DNA of 64,000 nt from positions 106,888,001-106,952,000 of the forward strand of contig NC_043001.1 of NCBI RefSeq assembly GCF_006345805.1. The letters are read 5' to 3'. Positions 63,235 to 64,000 of the stretch are shown here, piece after piece (within the stretch, counting starts at the first letter, position 1; the number at the start of each line of letters is the position of its first letter). Below the pieces are notes generated by a model. The model ran no database searches and was not told the origin of the DNA. It saw nothing but the letters and a program-made list of their open reading frames with translations. A program made the translations under genes and the position numbers. This stretch comes from Octopus sinensis (Eukaryota).

Positions 63235-63396
63235 TCCAAATTCAGGGAGTGGAGCAGATAACATCCAGGCTACATGTTTCCTAGCTCCCAGAGCCTCTGA
63301 TGTGATAGTCACTCAACGAATTATTACATCAGAGGACTTGCTAGCTAGGAAACATATATACCTTAGATTTTACCTGCTCCACTCCCTCAATTTAGA
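63235..63396. repeat. Diverged inverted repeat (about 78-bp arms, short loop)
   Basis: agggagtggagcag / ctgctccactccct, atgtttcctagct / agctaggaaacat and cctctgatgt / acatcagagg blocks are collinear. Confidence 0.85.
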
Positions 63397-63584
63397 TTTT
63401 AATTCGCATTCATAGCAACTCAGGTTACATACCGACTTGTAAAAACATGTTTTCAGCTTATTGAACTTCGATATGGAGAAAGCTTACAACCTTCGATGCC
63501 AATAAACGTTGTTCTGTATACCTACTACGGACTTCTTGAAGCTTACAAACTTCCTGGGGGTATAAATATATATATATATATATT

Positions 63585-63780
63585 CTTTTATTTGTTTCAG
63601 TCATTTGACTGCGGCCATGCTGGAGCACCACTTTTACTCGAAGAAATCGACCACAGGACTTATTATTTGTAAGCCTAGTGCGTATTCTAACAGTCCCTTT
63701 TGCCGAAACGCTAAGTTGCGGGGACGTAAACACACTAATATCGGTTGTCAAGCGATGGGGGAGGGGCAAATTTTGACACA
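63585..63780 (-). mobile_element. SINE family A, 3' half
   Basis: gtttcagtcatttgactgcggccatgctggagcacc..ttttgccgaaacgctaag..cggttgtcaagcgatgg. Confidence 0.85.
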
Positions 63781-63810
63781 CACACACACACTTGTGTGTG
63801 TGTGTGTGCA

Positions 63811-64000
63811 TTGGGTCATCCCAGAGATAATGCGCTTTTTTCAATTGCATGAACCAAACGTCGGACAGGGACGTGATAAACTACCTGCATGAGCTTGCTA
63901 TAAAAGCAGGTAGTAATTTAACTTTGTGTTTATTCTTAGTGCAAGTTTTGAAGAGTGCAGTTCGATTTTAACACTTATTTTTTCAAAGTTATAATGGAAG
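63811..64000 (+). mobile_element. Mariner 5' end, continuing beyond the window
   Basis: Same terminus as 9719, TATAAAAG at 63899-63906, and a candidate transposase start ATGGAAG at 63994. Confidence 0.75.

Overview
AT-rich animal genomic DNA crowded with microsatellites: (TA)n, (TACA)n, (TAGA)n, (CA)n and (CT)n. It is almost certainly intronic or intergenic. The SINE families look like those I recall from octopus/coleoid cephalopod genomes; this is an inference, not a database result. Nearly all listed ORFs are microsatellite artefacts, and no host gene can be identified with confidence, only weak candidate exons. Recognisable content is transposon-derived: four tRNA-head SINE families, a full-length dead DD34D mariner (45153-46443) plus other Tc1/mariner ends, a 5'-truncated RTE LINE (38712-40005), a CR1-type LINE fragment (49835-50792), non-autonomous Helitrons, a hAT-type MITE with an 8-bp TSD, a 1.6-kb foldback element, and several decayed Penelope-like elements (PLEs: RT and GIY-YIG relics, inverted repeats). 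There is one 100-N gap. The main unexplained signal is about ten minimal type I hammerhead-ribozyme (HHR) motifs in PLE-derived repeats. They include a tandem pair spaced 412 nt apart (retrozyme-like), a pair inside a 460-bp near-perfect palindrome, and recurring non-canonical cores (U4C, A6U/C, and a C3-G8 to G3-C8 swap). All folds were read by eye and all activity claims are untested.
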